Assembly (NCBI GenBank): GCA_026936335.1
Contig: JAPMXV010000075.1
Coordinates: forward strand, 1 to 64,000
DNA length: 64,000 nucleotides
Origin: Mantamonas sphyraenae STR306
Lineage: Eukaryota > Protista > CRuMs
Reading direction: 5' to 3'
This document shows, one piece after another, positions 42,666 to 54,119 of the stretch (position 1 is its first letter; each line of letters starts with the position of its first letter). Under the pieces are notes generated by a model. That model saw only the letters and a program-made list of their open reading frames with translations. It was not told the DNA's origin and did no database searches. Both the position numbers and the translations under genes were made by a program.

Positions 42666-43016
42666 TCATTCGTCGTCGCTGCGCTCTTTCCCATGGCGCC
42701 CTCGTCGCCCACGTCGGGACCTTGCCTTCCAAAACTCGTCGTCATCGTCAACCTTGATACCTGCACCACGCTCCAGCACACCCTCGTGCTTGCTGGTGTC
42801 CTCCAACATGAGGAAAATGCCCGGACGTTTCTCGGCCTGGTTCTTGGCGCCTCGCAACACCTCGGCGCCCCAGTTGTCCAGCAGCTCGATGCCCCTACGC
42901 ACCGTGCGGTTGCGCACGGCGTTGTGACGCAACACAATCCCATGCAGACGGCTCACAGCCGCCAGACTCGTGGCCACCAGGCTCACATCAATTGCTGCGT
43001 GCACCCATCCAATCAT
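42666..43016 (-). CDS. Small DUF1748-like protein
   Basis: MIGWVHAAIDVSLVATSLAAVSRLHG...VRRGIELLDNWG resembles the DUF1748 pattern (HxxxDxxLxSxxLAxxxRxxG). Confidence 0.5.
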   Translation of the reverse strand: MIGWVHAAIDVSLVATSLAAVSRLHGIVLRHNAVRNRTVRRGIELLDNWGAEVLRGAKNQAEKRPGIFLMLEDTSKHEGVLERGAGIKVDDDDEFWKARSRRGRRGRHGKERSDDE

Positions 43017-43102
43017 TTTCGTGTGTGTTTGTGTTGCGTTGGGTTTTTGAGTTGGCCCCCCCACGCCGACACACACACACACACACATTCATCATCATCA
43101 TC

Positions 43103-44353
43103 ATGCCCACGGGGTTGTTTGTGCATATCGACCACCTGAGCTTTGCCTGTGTGGTGGAACCGTCGTGGTCAGTGGTGGAATGGATGCATCAGGTGACTCA
43201 CATGGTCAAAAGCCGAAGCGACGGCCGGCTGCAACTCTCTCGGGTGCTCTCCCTCGATGTGCTGGACGCCGACGACACAACCCTCCACACCTACCCATGG
43301 AACACCCTCAAACAAAGCGAATTCACTCTTGACCTGCTGTTGTCCGATGTGCAGCGGTTGGGGCGGGCCCACGACGAGGACGACGCCGCCGTCGAGGCCA
43401 CACTGGGGCCTCCTTCCTTCCGCCTCAACACCATCACCAAAGGCAGTGTCCTCACCGACGCAGACACACCACTGTCCCAACTCGACAGCGACCAACTGTT
43501 GGAACATCAGTTGTACACCGTGTTGTCATCAGCCACGTCCTCGTCCCCAACGCCAACCACAGACACAACTCCAGCCAAACTCACCACATCCTCATCCTCC
43601 TCATCCTCATCCTCATCCGCATCCTCTCATCTTCGCCCCGCCTCCACCACAGCCGATTCCACAGCAACACCGTCGAGTGTGGTGAGCGAAGACCGTGCGC
43701 AGCTGCGGGAAACCGGACGGGCATTGGAAGGCGAGTCGCGCACAGCCACGGCAGCACTGTTTGACGAACTGGACAAGCAGATGCTGTCCAATGAGCTCCT
43801 TTCCACTGCCACAGAGATTCCCATTGAGGATGAGGCAGCACAGGCGTTTTGGTGGTCTGCGTTTGCTCAACCGGTGTTGGATGCCCAGCAGCAAGGCCAC
43901 CAGGTGGCATCCACTGTCCGCTGGAACGAATTCCAAGAGGCAGCATTGGCACAGGAGTCCCTTCATATCACACAGGAGCTGTTGGAGGGCATCAAACCCT
44001 TGTTGGTGGACATGCACGACTTTGGCAAACATTCCCAGGTGTCCACATCGGCCATGGATGCGTTTTGCCACCTGTTTGGAGGTTGGTCCAGCGAGTCGGT
44101 GGAAACGGCCGCATCCATGTTTCAGTACGACTGGTTCCTTGCCTATTGCACAGACAAGACGGCCTTGCAACGGTTGCAGACCATGCCGGACGAGGCTGCT
44201 GTCGTCCACCTCTCCTTCAAGCACCCACACCAGTTCATCGTCCTGTTTTGGGAGGACTTTGACGAGGAGGTGCCTGTGGCTGAGCGTGTGGCACGCAAGG
44301 CTCGCACTCCAAAGCTGGCTCGCATGCTGGAGATGGTGGAGGATGCCCAATGA
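43103..44353 (+). CDS. Protein with Cbl/Shk-type EF-hand-like region plus degenerate SH2 domain
   Basis: FWWSAF...VRWNEF...IKPLL...VSTSAMDAFCHLFG...WFLAYCTDKTALQRL...AAVVHLSFKHPHQF mirrors the EF-hand-SH2 module of Cbl/STAT/Dictyostelium Shk-type proteins. Confidence 0.55.
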   Translation: MPTGLFVHIDHLSFACVVEPSWSVVEWMHQVTHMVKSRSDGRLQLSRVLSLDVLDADDTTLHTYPWNTLKQSEFTLDLLLSDVQRLGRAHDEDDAAVEATLGPPSFRLNTITKGSVLTDADTPLSQLDSDQLLEHQLYTVLSSATSSSPTPTTDTTPAKLTTSSSSSSSSSSASSHLRPASTTADSTATPSSVVSEDRAQLRETGRALEGESRTATAALFDELDKQMLSNELLSTATEIPIEDEAAQAFWWSAFAQPVLDAQQQGHQVASTVRWNEFQEAALAQESLHITQELLEGIKPLLVDMHDFGKHSQVSTSAMDAFCHLFGGWSSESVETAASMFQYDWFLAYCTDKTALQRLQTMPDEAAVVHLSFKHPHQFIVLFWEDFDEEVPVAERVARKARTPKLARMLEMVEDAQ

Positions 44354-44469
44354 AACCCAAAGTTTTTCCCCACTCGCACACCGTCTTGTGTGCCTCTGTG
44401 CCTGTGTGTGTGTGTGTGGTGTGTGGATGGGGTGTGGGTGTCTCTTACACACAACGTGCGTGGTTTGTA

Positions 44470-46971
44470 ATGACAAAGCGTGGTCCGTCGCCCTTCCCTT
44501 GGGCTGTGGAGAGTTCCCGGGAATCCAAACGACAACGGATCGACCTCGCAGACGACAACGAAGCATACTCCTCGTCGTCCTCACCCACACATCAACCCTA
44601 CTACCTGCGCACCTTTCACACCATGCTCGACTCGGTACATGACACCCATGCCCACCTGCTGCTGGCCAGCGAGCAACATCTGCGCTCTGTGTTCGGCTCC
44701 CTCCCTCGCGACGCACAAGCCCTCTTTGTACGCCTCTACCAACGCAAGGGGCCCCTCTTTCGCACTTCTCAACTCGCCTATGATGACCTTGACCTACCAC
44801 AGGCCATCCATCACCTCTGCGAATCAGGCCTCGCCTCCCTCGTCACGTACCTGGACCCGGAACTGAGTGCGACCCCCCGCGAGAGTGATCAGGACGCAGA
44901 CGAAGACGCAGACGAGGAGGACGATGACGACAAAGACACGGCGGCCGACGACGATAGAGACGAGACGCACGCCCTTCTGCTGGGCATGCTGGACACCCTA
45001 CGAGCACACGAACTGCGTGCGTATGCAGACAAGTTCCGTGTGCGAGGCGCCTCGGGCTCCCGTACCGCAGTGCTTGCCGCGGTGGTGAAGCAGCTGCGGT
45101 CGGCACACGCACGCAAGGGGATATTTGGGCAGATGAGAATGAGCAGCAGCAGCAGCAACGAGTCTGCTGGTGGGCTGCAAAGACGGTATGCCAAGGAGTT
45201 GCACGCGTTGGGAGGCCCCTGCCTTGTGCTGGGGGAGCACGTGTTGCGCTACCTGCACCGTGTACAGATGCTGTTCCATTTGCACGACATACCGCAGTAT
45301 TCGTACCACAATCCCAGCAACAACAGTCTGACCTCGCTGATTTTGGTGGACATTGGTCGTCGTGCGTTTGCCCGCTACACGGTCACACGCACCCACCCCA
45401 TCTTCCACTCACGTGCCGACTTGTTGCACTACGAGCGCGCCTGTGCATACCAACAGGACATGGAGATGCTGTGCATGGACTTTAAGGCCGCCAGCAGTGA
45501 CGACGAGCAGCTCGCTGCCATCCTCGGCCTCTACCATCACGCACGCTCTCAGCTGCTCCACTGCACACGTGCCATCGCACAGGGCACCATGCCCACTGCC
45601 CTTCACCCATACATGAAACGCTTCACTCCGGGATGGGCGTACACAAGCATCATCCATCACGCCGTGGGTGTCCTGGAGAAACTCAAGCGATACCACGAGG
45701 CCGTCGAGGCACTGCACTTGCTGCTCATGCCTGTGACCACCCAGCCCTTCCGTCCGCTGAAGCGTGGACACTGGTGGACTCGCCTGGTCATCAACCACGC
45801 ACACATTGGCAGCGATCCCACACACCTCATCGAACTTTGCTCACGTGCCCTCGACGATCCTCACGTCCACCCGCATTGCTCGTCACGCCGCGCCCTCGAA
45901 CGCAGGCTGGTCAAGTTGCACTGCAAAACCAAATCCGATCCACCCCTCGTGCTCATGCAGGAGCACACCGTGCCCGAAACACTCATCCACGCACCCCTCA
46001 AGACAAAGGTCACCGGTCGCAAGAGTGTCTTTCAGCTGCCCACACACCTCCTGGACGATCCACGCGTGCGCGACTTTCTCACCCACTCTGCAGACCAAGA
46101 CATGGACAACAACGAGCTCATCCCAACCCAGATGGCCCAGATGCCACCCTCCTCATCCTCCTCATCCTCCTCATCCTCCTCATCGCGACGCATCATACAC
46201 ACCGTGCTGGGCGATCAACATCACTGCAGCGTAGAAACCCTGGCCCTTTGTCATTACATCCACGAGGGCTGGGACAACGGCGTCCACTGCGAAGGTGCCG
46301 TGTACAGACACCTCTTTGTCCTCCTCATGTGGGATGTCATCTTTGCCCCCATTCCAGACGTCTTTATGACCCCGTACCAGTATGCCCCTGTCGATTTGTA
46401 CACAGAAGCCTTCTACCCGGCACGCGAGGCCCTCATCGAGGCCCAGCTGCAACGCATCCGCGACGGCCAGGCCCCACAGATCATACAGACCTGCTGCAAC
46501 ACAAACTACGGCTGCATGGCCATCGGTGTCAATTGGGAACGTTGGCCTCTCGATGACATCCTCACCATTGCCAACGGCATGGGTGGGGAAGCCCTCGCTG
46601 GGATCTGCCACACCCTCTGTGTAAATGTGCGTGATCAATGTCAAAGTGCAAAGAGGGCGCCATGGCCATGGTGCTTTTTGTGTTGTTCTTCATTCGTTGC
46701 TGACACACGGTGTGCATCACCCCTTCCGAATTGCTCCATGCTCAATTTGGCACCACAGTTTAAAGAGTGGAGTGGCGGCTTGCCCGACCTGTTGTTGTGG
46801 AAAACCGACCCGGATACAGGAGAGGCTGCTGTGCTTGCGGCCGAGGTCAAAGGCCCACGTGATAGACTCATGGAACGTCAACGAGACTGGTTGCAGATCT
46901 TGCTGCGGTCGGGCCTCAACACAGAGCTGTGTCTCGTGTCAGAGGAGGGTCATCAGGGTGAGGACGAATGA
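44470..46971 (+). CDS. FAN1: Fanconi-associated nuclease 1 (VRR-NUC)
   Basis: LFVRLYQRKG, KRGHWWTRL, CSVETLALCHY...GVHCEG, LLMWDVIF, YQYAPVDL, SGGLPDLLLW, EVKGPRDRLMERQ; in-frame intron 46627-46758. Confidence 0.93.
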   Translation: MTKRGPSPFPWAVESSRESKRQRIDLADDNEAYSSSSSPTHQPYYLRTFHTMLDSVHDTHAHLLLASEQHLRSVFGSLPRDAQALFVRLYQRKGPLFRTSQLAYDDLDLPQAIHHLCESGLASLVTYLDPELSATPRESDQDADEDADEEDDDDKDTAADDDRDETHALLLGMLDTLRAHELRAYADKFRVRGASGSRTAVLAAVVKQLRSAHARKGIFGQMRMSSSSSNESAGGLQRRYAKELHALGGPCLVLGEHVLRYLHRVQMLFHLHDIPQYSYHNPSNNSLTSLILVDIGRRAFARYTVTRTHPIFHSRADLLHYERACAYQQDMEMLCMDFKAASSDDEQLAAILGLYHHARSQLLHCTRAIAQGTMPTALHPYMKRFTPGWAYTSIIHHAVGVLEKLKRYHEAVEALHLLLMPVTTQPFRPLKRGHWWTRLVINHAHIGSDPTHLIELCSRALDDPHVHPHCSSRRALERRLVKLHCKTKSDPPLVLMQEHTVPETLIHAPLKTKVTGRKSVFQLPTHLLDDPRVRDFLTHSADQDMDNNELIPTQMAQMPPSSSSSSSSSSSSRRIIHTVLGDQHHCSVETLALCHYIHEGWDNGVHCEGAVYRHLFVLLMWDVIFAPIPDVFMTPYQYAPVDLYTEAFYPAREALIEAQLQRIRDGQAPQIIQTCCNTNYGCMAIGVNWERWPLDDILTIANGMGGEALAGICHTLCVNVRDQCQSAKRAPWPWCFLCCSSFVADTRCASPLPNCSMLNLAPQFKEWSGGLPDLLLWKTDPDTGEAAVLAAEVKGPRDRLMERQRDWLQILLRSGLNTELCLVSEEGHQGEDE

Positions 46972-47057
46972 ACACATCCTTGTGTGCATGATTGTGTGCT
47001 CACGAGCTGAGCTCGCGCAGCTGCGCAACCCACACCAGTCCAACCGCGCTTCTCCCA

Positions 47058-49469
47058 ATGTCGTCCATGCAAAATCGTCTGCGTAGCATCCAACGGGCTT
47101 ACACACACGTCCGTGGCAGCCTCACGGGCGTCTCCTTTCTCTCCTCCAATGGCAAAACACGTGTGCTCAGCGGCAACGCCATCACCGTCATCGTCAGCTT
47201 TGCTCTCTCCAGTACGCCCGTTCACCTTGTTCCCCTTGCACCCACCCATCGCCTTATCTCCTCACTGACACACCCATCCGTGCGCTTCCATACCTCACCC
47301 AGCCTCGCAAACGTCCGAACCGCTGCTGATTCTCATCCGCCGAGCTGATCCCCAACGTGACGACGACCTCTACTTCTCCGACCTGAGGATAGAAGTATGT
47401 GCCACAGTACCACTCGTCACCCCGTTGTACACACACACACACACACCTCTCTCTCTCTCTCTTCTCTGCCCCTTCAACCAGCGCACGCTCGCTTTCCGGC
47501 GCGCAAACCCTTGCCAGATTCCTGATGACTCACCGCGGTGTGTTCCCGGTCCCCGTTTCCCCACACAGGTGGAAGAGTGCACCTTTGTCATTCAAACACA
47601 AGCGAAACAAAAGGTGGCCATCAACGTGTGTGGCAATGCCCTTGTGCTCCAGCTCTCCTTCCTCACCTACAGCGACGTACGCTTCATCATAGCCCACCTC
47701 CCAACACATCTCGTCTCCCACAGCCTAGGCAACGTCGAACATGAGGGTGCGTTGTACCGTCCCACTTGCACACGTCTCCCTTTTCATTCCCTCGCTTCCC
47801 TAGTGTCGTTCGCATGCCCACCCACCTTGCCACTGCGGCATCCCTCTTTCGGAGGTGGTCCTTGTTCGAGCATTTTTGGGGATCGACTGACAATCCACGG
47901 GGCGACCCCTCAGAGACGACCATCAAGGCCTCTTCCGACGTGTTGGAACGTATGCAGAGCTGGGACGGCTACTGTCGCTTGCTCAAGGGCACCAAAAACA
48001 TTTCTGCGCCCTCGTCGGGGGGCAAAGGGACGACAACCTCCAACGCCAAAGCAAGTGCTTTTGAGCGCAAGCAATCGTTCAACAACGGTGTTCTTGGGTA
48101 CCAAACGTCAAACACACTGACAGGCACCCCAGCAGTAGGCAAACACGTCTTTGGCGTCAACGGCAGCATGCGCAACATCTCTGTGCCAAAGTTGAAACCC
48201 AGCACACGTGAAGGCGTGCCCGAGCCTCGGCACAGTGTCTCCTCCAACATGCATTTCGCCAACCTCAGCAGCAGCAGTAGCAGCAGCACAACATCCAGCA
48301 ACAAACCCTGGTCGGCACAGAAGGACAACACATATACGTCATCCTACTCGTCCTCAGCTGCTGGCAAAACACAAACCAACCTTCTCAGCTTCATGAACAA
48401 GGGCTCGGCCGCCAAGGACGAGGGAATCAAGAATCTGGGCAACACCTGTTACATGGGTGCCACTCTGCAATGCCTGCTTGCGTGCCGGTCGTTTGTGCAC
48501 CAACTTCGCGACGTGGTGCATCAACACAAAGACGTGTACCGTGCCACCTCGGTCACTCGCCGTCTGCTGAACCTTGACGACACACGCTCCGCCAATGGCT
48601 CCTGTGTGCTCGACCCCACCGCCTTCAAGGCCAGCGTTGTGGCAGAAGCACCTATGTTTGCAGGCTTTTCCCAGCAGGACGCCCACGAGTTTCTCACCAC
48701 CATCCTTGCCCTCCTCGTCGACGAGGGACTGCCTGTCGTGCGCAACGGAGGCTTTGAGCGAAAGGTAGTCTTTGCGAAGGACGACGCGGACGACGGGACG
48801 ACGACGACGACGACGATGACGATGGCACGAACAACGGGGACGGGCAGCAGCAGCTCACCCAGCCGCAACAGCCCGAACGCATTCACTACCTTTTGCCATG
48901 GCATGCCAATGTCGATCCCGTGCACGTGCACTTTGACATGGAGATGGAAGTGATGCTGGAGTGCGATGCGTGCGGCCACCAGCAACCCAAACACGAAATC
49001 TACCAGAACCTCAGCATCGAAATCCCAGAAACGGCAGAAACCAGCCAGCAGGGTCCATGGGACCTCACCTCCCTCCTTCGCCTGCACTTCCAATGTGAGC
49101 GAGTCGACTTTCGCTGCGAATCCTGCAAGAAGGACGGCGGCGTCAAGTCGGAACGGGTGTTGCACCTGCCACGCGTGCTCGTCATCCACATCAAGCGCTT
49201 CCTGTACGACCCCACCACCGTCTCGTACCGCAAGATGCGTGATCGAGTTCAGTATCCACTGCACCTCGACATGGCCTTTGCTCTGCAGCACGCGCCCAAA
49301 CCGGACAAACGGCAGCAGCCGCACGGCGACGATGCCATGGAGACAGAGTCCGCACATGGCGGTGATCAAGGCAAAGGCAATGACACCGATGACAATGATG
49401 ACGATGATGACATGACTGTACAGTATGTGGGTGCCTTGAAACCTGCCTCCCTGCCACCGAACCACGCTG

Positions 49470-49503
<34 letters not shown>

Positions 49504-50975
49504 ACCACAAAGCATCACCAGCCATTTCCAAGACAAAGAGAACCAACAGCAGCAAGACAAACAGCAAGCACAGACACAGGAACACTACGCACAGCCGCAG
49601 GACAACGTGCCTGTGGGCAGCAAACGCAAGCTGGATAATCCCAAATTGTTGTCAGGTCTGAGCACAGTGGATCACAAGAGACAAGCTTTGTGGCTGGAGG
49701 ACACACCGACACCTGTGCGCAGATCCGTGAGTGCCATCCGCAGTCCACCATCACAAGGACGCACACACATTCGCAAGGCTGCCACTGTGCCTGATCACGC
49801 CGATGAACTCGACGAGGATCTGCAGCGTGCCATGGAAGCCAGCATCCGGTCGTCCTCCTCGTCCTCCTCGTCGTTCACCACCACCACCACACACCACCAG
49901 CCGCATGCAGCGGGACAGAGACGACGAATACGACTTTGTCGACACTGCCTTACACCATGACAACTCCACACCACGCGCGGACAATGACAATGATGATGAT
50001 GAGGACGAGGAAGACGAAGACCTGCAACGGGCCATCAACAACAGCATCCGCGACAACGAACTGCAAACCTTGCAGAACCTGAGCTCGCAATGGAACAGGA
50101 ACCAAAGACCAGCGGTTGTGGGCAGTAGCTCGGCCTTTCTGCACGGCAACAGGGACCAGGGCAAGGTGGTGGCCCAACTGCCGCCATCGGAATCCGATGC
50201 GGATCTGAAGGAGGCGCTGCAGAGGAGCATGGAGACAGCCAAGGAGGAAGAGGCCAAGCGAGAAGAGGAGTGGCAACGGCAAAGCCAGGAGGAGGCGGAC
50301 GAGGACGAAGAGGCACAGTTGGCAAAGGCTCTGGAGCTCAGCCGCGAGGAAGCCGCCAAGAAGCAGGAGGAAATCGACATTTTCGCACAACTGGAAGACC
50401 TCAGCGACAGCGAGGACACACAGTTGCGCAAGGTCATGGAGCTCAGCAAGCAGGAAGTGACATCGTCGGCGGCTGCTGCTGCTGCTGCCGAGGCTGCTGC
50501 TGCCGAACACAACAACACCGCAACCACCACCACCACAACGACAACCACAACGACAACCACGCAAGAGGACGAGGAGACGCAAATGAGCCGTGCGTTGGCA
50601 CAAAGCACGCAAGAGATGCACGAGACAAATCTCATCCAATCCAGGCAGGAGCAGGAGCTGATTGAAGAGAGACGCAAGGAGCGCGAGGCTGCCGGTCACA
50701 AACCGGCCGAATTTGTACAGTATGCCACCAAAGACGAACCTTCCAGCGCTTCCGAGGAACAGACCACACACTCGAGATATACCCTGCGTGCAGTGATCAA
50801 CCACGAGGGCAACTCGGCGTATCACGGTCACTACATCAGCAGCATCTACGACGCCGAGCACGACCGCTTCCGCACCTACGACGACGCCACAATGTGCGAA
50901 ATGACCACAAAGGTGGTCATGGGACGGAATGGCCAGTGTCACGGCTACCTGTTGTTCTACACACGCGACAAATGA
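47058..50975 (+). CDS. Ubiquitin-specific protease, USP37-like, with ~6 UIMs inserted in the catalytic domain
   Basis: Cys box GIKNLGNTCYMGATLQ, QQDAHEFL, zinc-finger CxxC pairs, His box HEGNSAYHGHY, YDD, GYLLFY; UIMs such as DEDLQRAMEAS. 5' exon structure uncertain; frameshifts at ~48796 and ~49880. Confidence 0.85.
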
Positions 50976-51032
50976 ACAAGAGGGGGGGGTTTCCATTTCG
51001 TCGTGCCTTTGTCACACAGTTCCACACACGCA

Positions 51033-52641
51033 TTACGCACCCACCGATGCAAGCCACTGCTGCTTGATCTCTTCGTCATCCTCCTTGCCGTCCAGGTTGG
51101 CACGGATGTCCCACAGCATGTCACGGTTGGCCTCGTGCGCGACAAGGGCGGGCCATTCGTTCTGCAGACGCGAAAGCATGTCGCCTGCAACACCCTCCCA
51201 CGAGTCGACGTCTGTCTGCTGCGACACCGACGACGACTTGAGATTGGACAGGCGTGCGGACGAGCTTGCAGCTCGCTTGCACATGGCCTGCAGCACCTGC
51301 AGCACCTGAGGCAAAGCCATGTACTTTTGCACCGCCTCTGTGTCCGGCAGCACGTGTGTGCGCACCATGCGCACAATATCTGTGGTCAGACGCAGGTCAT
51401 AGGTGTCCACGTTGCCAAGCATGGCTGCGTGCAGCTCTGCCATGCTGGCATCCTTGTCGTCACCCTCTGCTTCCTGTGCCGCCACCACGTCCGGCAACGC
51501 ATACAGGTACGCCAGCAGCATGTGGCGTCCCTGTTGCTTCTGCATCAGCGACAACGCACGTGCAATCAGACGCCTGCCCTTGTGCAGCGAGGCAAACGCC
51601 GTAAACGCCGGCACTGCGTAGCTCGAGTCGCCGCTTCCACCACTGCTGCCGCTGTTGTTGGTGCTGCTGCTTGCGCCTGCCTCTGCGTTGTTGCCTTCGC
51701 CCTCTTCGCCCTCCTCCATGGACCAGGCGTTGGGCAGGAGAAAGACGTCAAAGAGGTTGCTTGTGATCTCCCTGCGATAGCTCTGCACCTGATGCGGCAG
51801 CTTCTTGCGATCCTTGCGCAGTCGCTTGTCAATGTCCTCAATTTCCAGAATCATGTCCCACGCCGCCTCCACCTGCATGCGCACGCGATACGGATCCTTC
51901 AGTGCCTCGGCCGTGTACGCTTGCACCCCTTCGCTCTCACGCATGCGACGCGGAGCACGGATGGCGTTTGCCGTGGGCATGCCCAACGCACCCACAAGTG
52001 CGGCAGGCAGCTCCCGTTCCTTCTCCTTCTCCGCCTCCTTCTTGTCCCGGTTGAGGATCTTGATCGGCACACTCACACGCGGCGTCTGCTGGCCCGTCTT
52101 CTTCAGCTCGAGCGCCTGCGAGTAAAAGTCATCCACCCACGGCGTCATGCTGTTGATCTGTGCCTTTTGGATGCGCACCAGGTTGTCCAACTCGTACTGG
52201 GTCATCAACTTGTCGTGCGATCGCTTCTTTCCGCCTCCACGTCCTCCTCCTCCTCCTCCTCGTCCCTTGCCTCCCTGCTCTTCCTCGTTCTCCTCTTCAT
52301 CATCCTCCTCATCAGTTTCATACTCCTCCTCACTGTCGTACTCTTCCTCGTCTTCCTCTTCATCAAACTCATCACCTGCTGCTGCTGCTGCTGCTGCTGC
52401 TGTGCCTTTTGCGCATGCTGTTGTGCTTGTGCGTGTGCTTGTGCTTGTGCTTGTGCCTGTGCATGTGCATGTGCCTGTGCCTGTGCATGTGCATGTGCTT
52501 GCGCCTGCATTGCTGCCAGACGTTGCGCCTCTGCATGCTGTGCTGCCTGTGCCTGTGCCATGGCATGCATGTGTGCTGCCTGTGCCTGTGCATGCATGTA
52601 CATCTGCTGCTGCGGCCCGTGGTGTTGTTGCTGGTGGTGTC

Positions 52642-52673
<32 letters not shown>

Positions 52674-53968
52674 ATGGCACCCATCTGCAACTGTTGCATC
52701 ATTGCCACCTGCTGTGCCGTCAGCTGTTGAGGCCCTCCAGCACCGCCCACAACCTGCACACCGCCTCCTCCATACCCACCACCGCCGTGCTGCTGCTTCA
52801 TCGACTGCTCAATCGCTCCCACAGACATCATCTGCTGCGGAGGTGCCTGTTGTTGCTGCTGTCCACCATTGTGTCCGTTGGGTTTGCTGGCCCACGTTGC
52901 ATTTGCCAGCGGCGATCCAAACACTCCCGCTGCACCGGGAGTGTGTTGCTGCTGCTGCTGCTGCTGCTGCGGGGTCGACATGCCCACACCACCACCACCA
53001 CCACCACCATGCCCTTGTGTGGCGTGGATGTCGATGTGTGTTGACTCTGCTTCTTCTGCTGCTGTTGCTGTGCGGCTTGTCCATTGCCCTTGCCCTGCTC
53101 CTCCACATCCTCCTCCTCCCTCGTCCTCGTCCTGTCCATCATCCCACAGCCTTCGCGTCGCTTCGTCCACCGCTGGCAAGCTGCTCAGACTGGTGTCCCA
53201 CGCTGTGAAGCCCGACGTGCCAATCACCGCCAAGTCATCCGTGTCGTGTTGCCAATCAAAGTCTGTGTCCAGCAGCAGGTCGTCTCCTGCGTCGCCCATC
53301 AGGTTGTACAGGTAGTTCCTTTCCACCTCCTTCAAGTGCTCCTGCTCCGCCACCTTGGCCATCTGTTCGTGCGAAAGCATCCAATCATCCGCTGTCGTGT
53401 ACGTACCCACACATGTGCACGTGTGTCAATCTCCAAACCCTTCTCCTACACGCGCAGGAGGCCAAAAACCAAACGTCATGGCCGCCGGTAATGCAACACC
53501 ACGCCTCCCAAAAAAAAACTTACACACGTCTCCCACGTCCACCCCAAAGGTCTCGTCGTCATCATACCCTCCTCCACCACCCATGCCCATCCCATCGTTC
53601 ATGTTGCCCAGTCCAAACACATCTCTGCACGCCCACCCTCGTGTGTGTCAGCGCCGGGCCGCTCTTCTTGTGTTCCCGCCATTCCGACCCGCCGGCCTTT
53701 GGTTTCCGCGGTCCCTCCCACGTCCTCCACAGCCGCATGACGCGCCCATACGGCCCATCTCACCCTCCATCCGCCTGTCTCGTCGCCCAACCTACGGTGT
53801 GTCCACAGGCTCTGGCACATAGCCGCCTCCCAGCGAAGCACTGGGCGTGCCAAAGAACGACTGCGGGTCCAGCAGCTGCGTTTGTGCAGCAATGCCCTCC
53901 AGCGAGTTGTCCCACTCGTCGTCCTCCCCACCTCCAAACGTGAGGTCGTTCAGATCATCTGCACTCAT
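51033..53968 (-). CDS. PAT1: mRNA decapping activator Pat1
   Basis: N-terminal NDLTFG/DDETFG motifs, Q/A/H-rich middle, LMTQYELDNLVRIQKAQINSMTPWVDDFYSQ, and KGRRLIARAL. Introns ~53795-53625 and ~53523-53392; frameshift in the (GCA)n run at ~52402. Confidence 0.82.
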
Positions 53969-54119
53969 CACTGTATGTGTCTCTTGTTTTCCGTCTGGCT
54001 GTGTGTGTGTGTGTGTATTGCTGTATGTGTGTGTGTGTGTGTGTGTGTGAAAAAGCCACGGTGGCTGCCCCGGCGCATCCACCATCATCCACCCACCACC
54101 CACCCACACACACCCACAC

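Noticed and set aside
52415-52600. Hexamer repeat (TGTGCY)n resembling a satellite
   Set aside because: It encodes the QA/HA low-complexity region of PAT1 on the minus strand.
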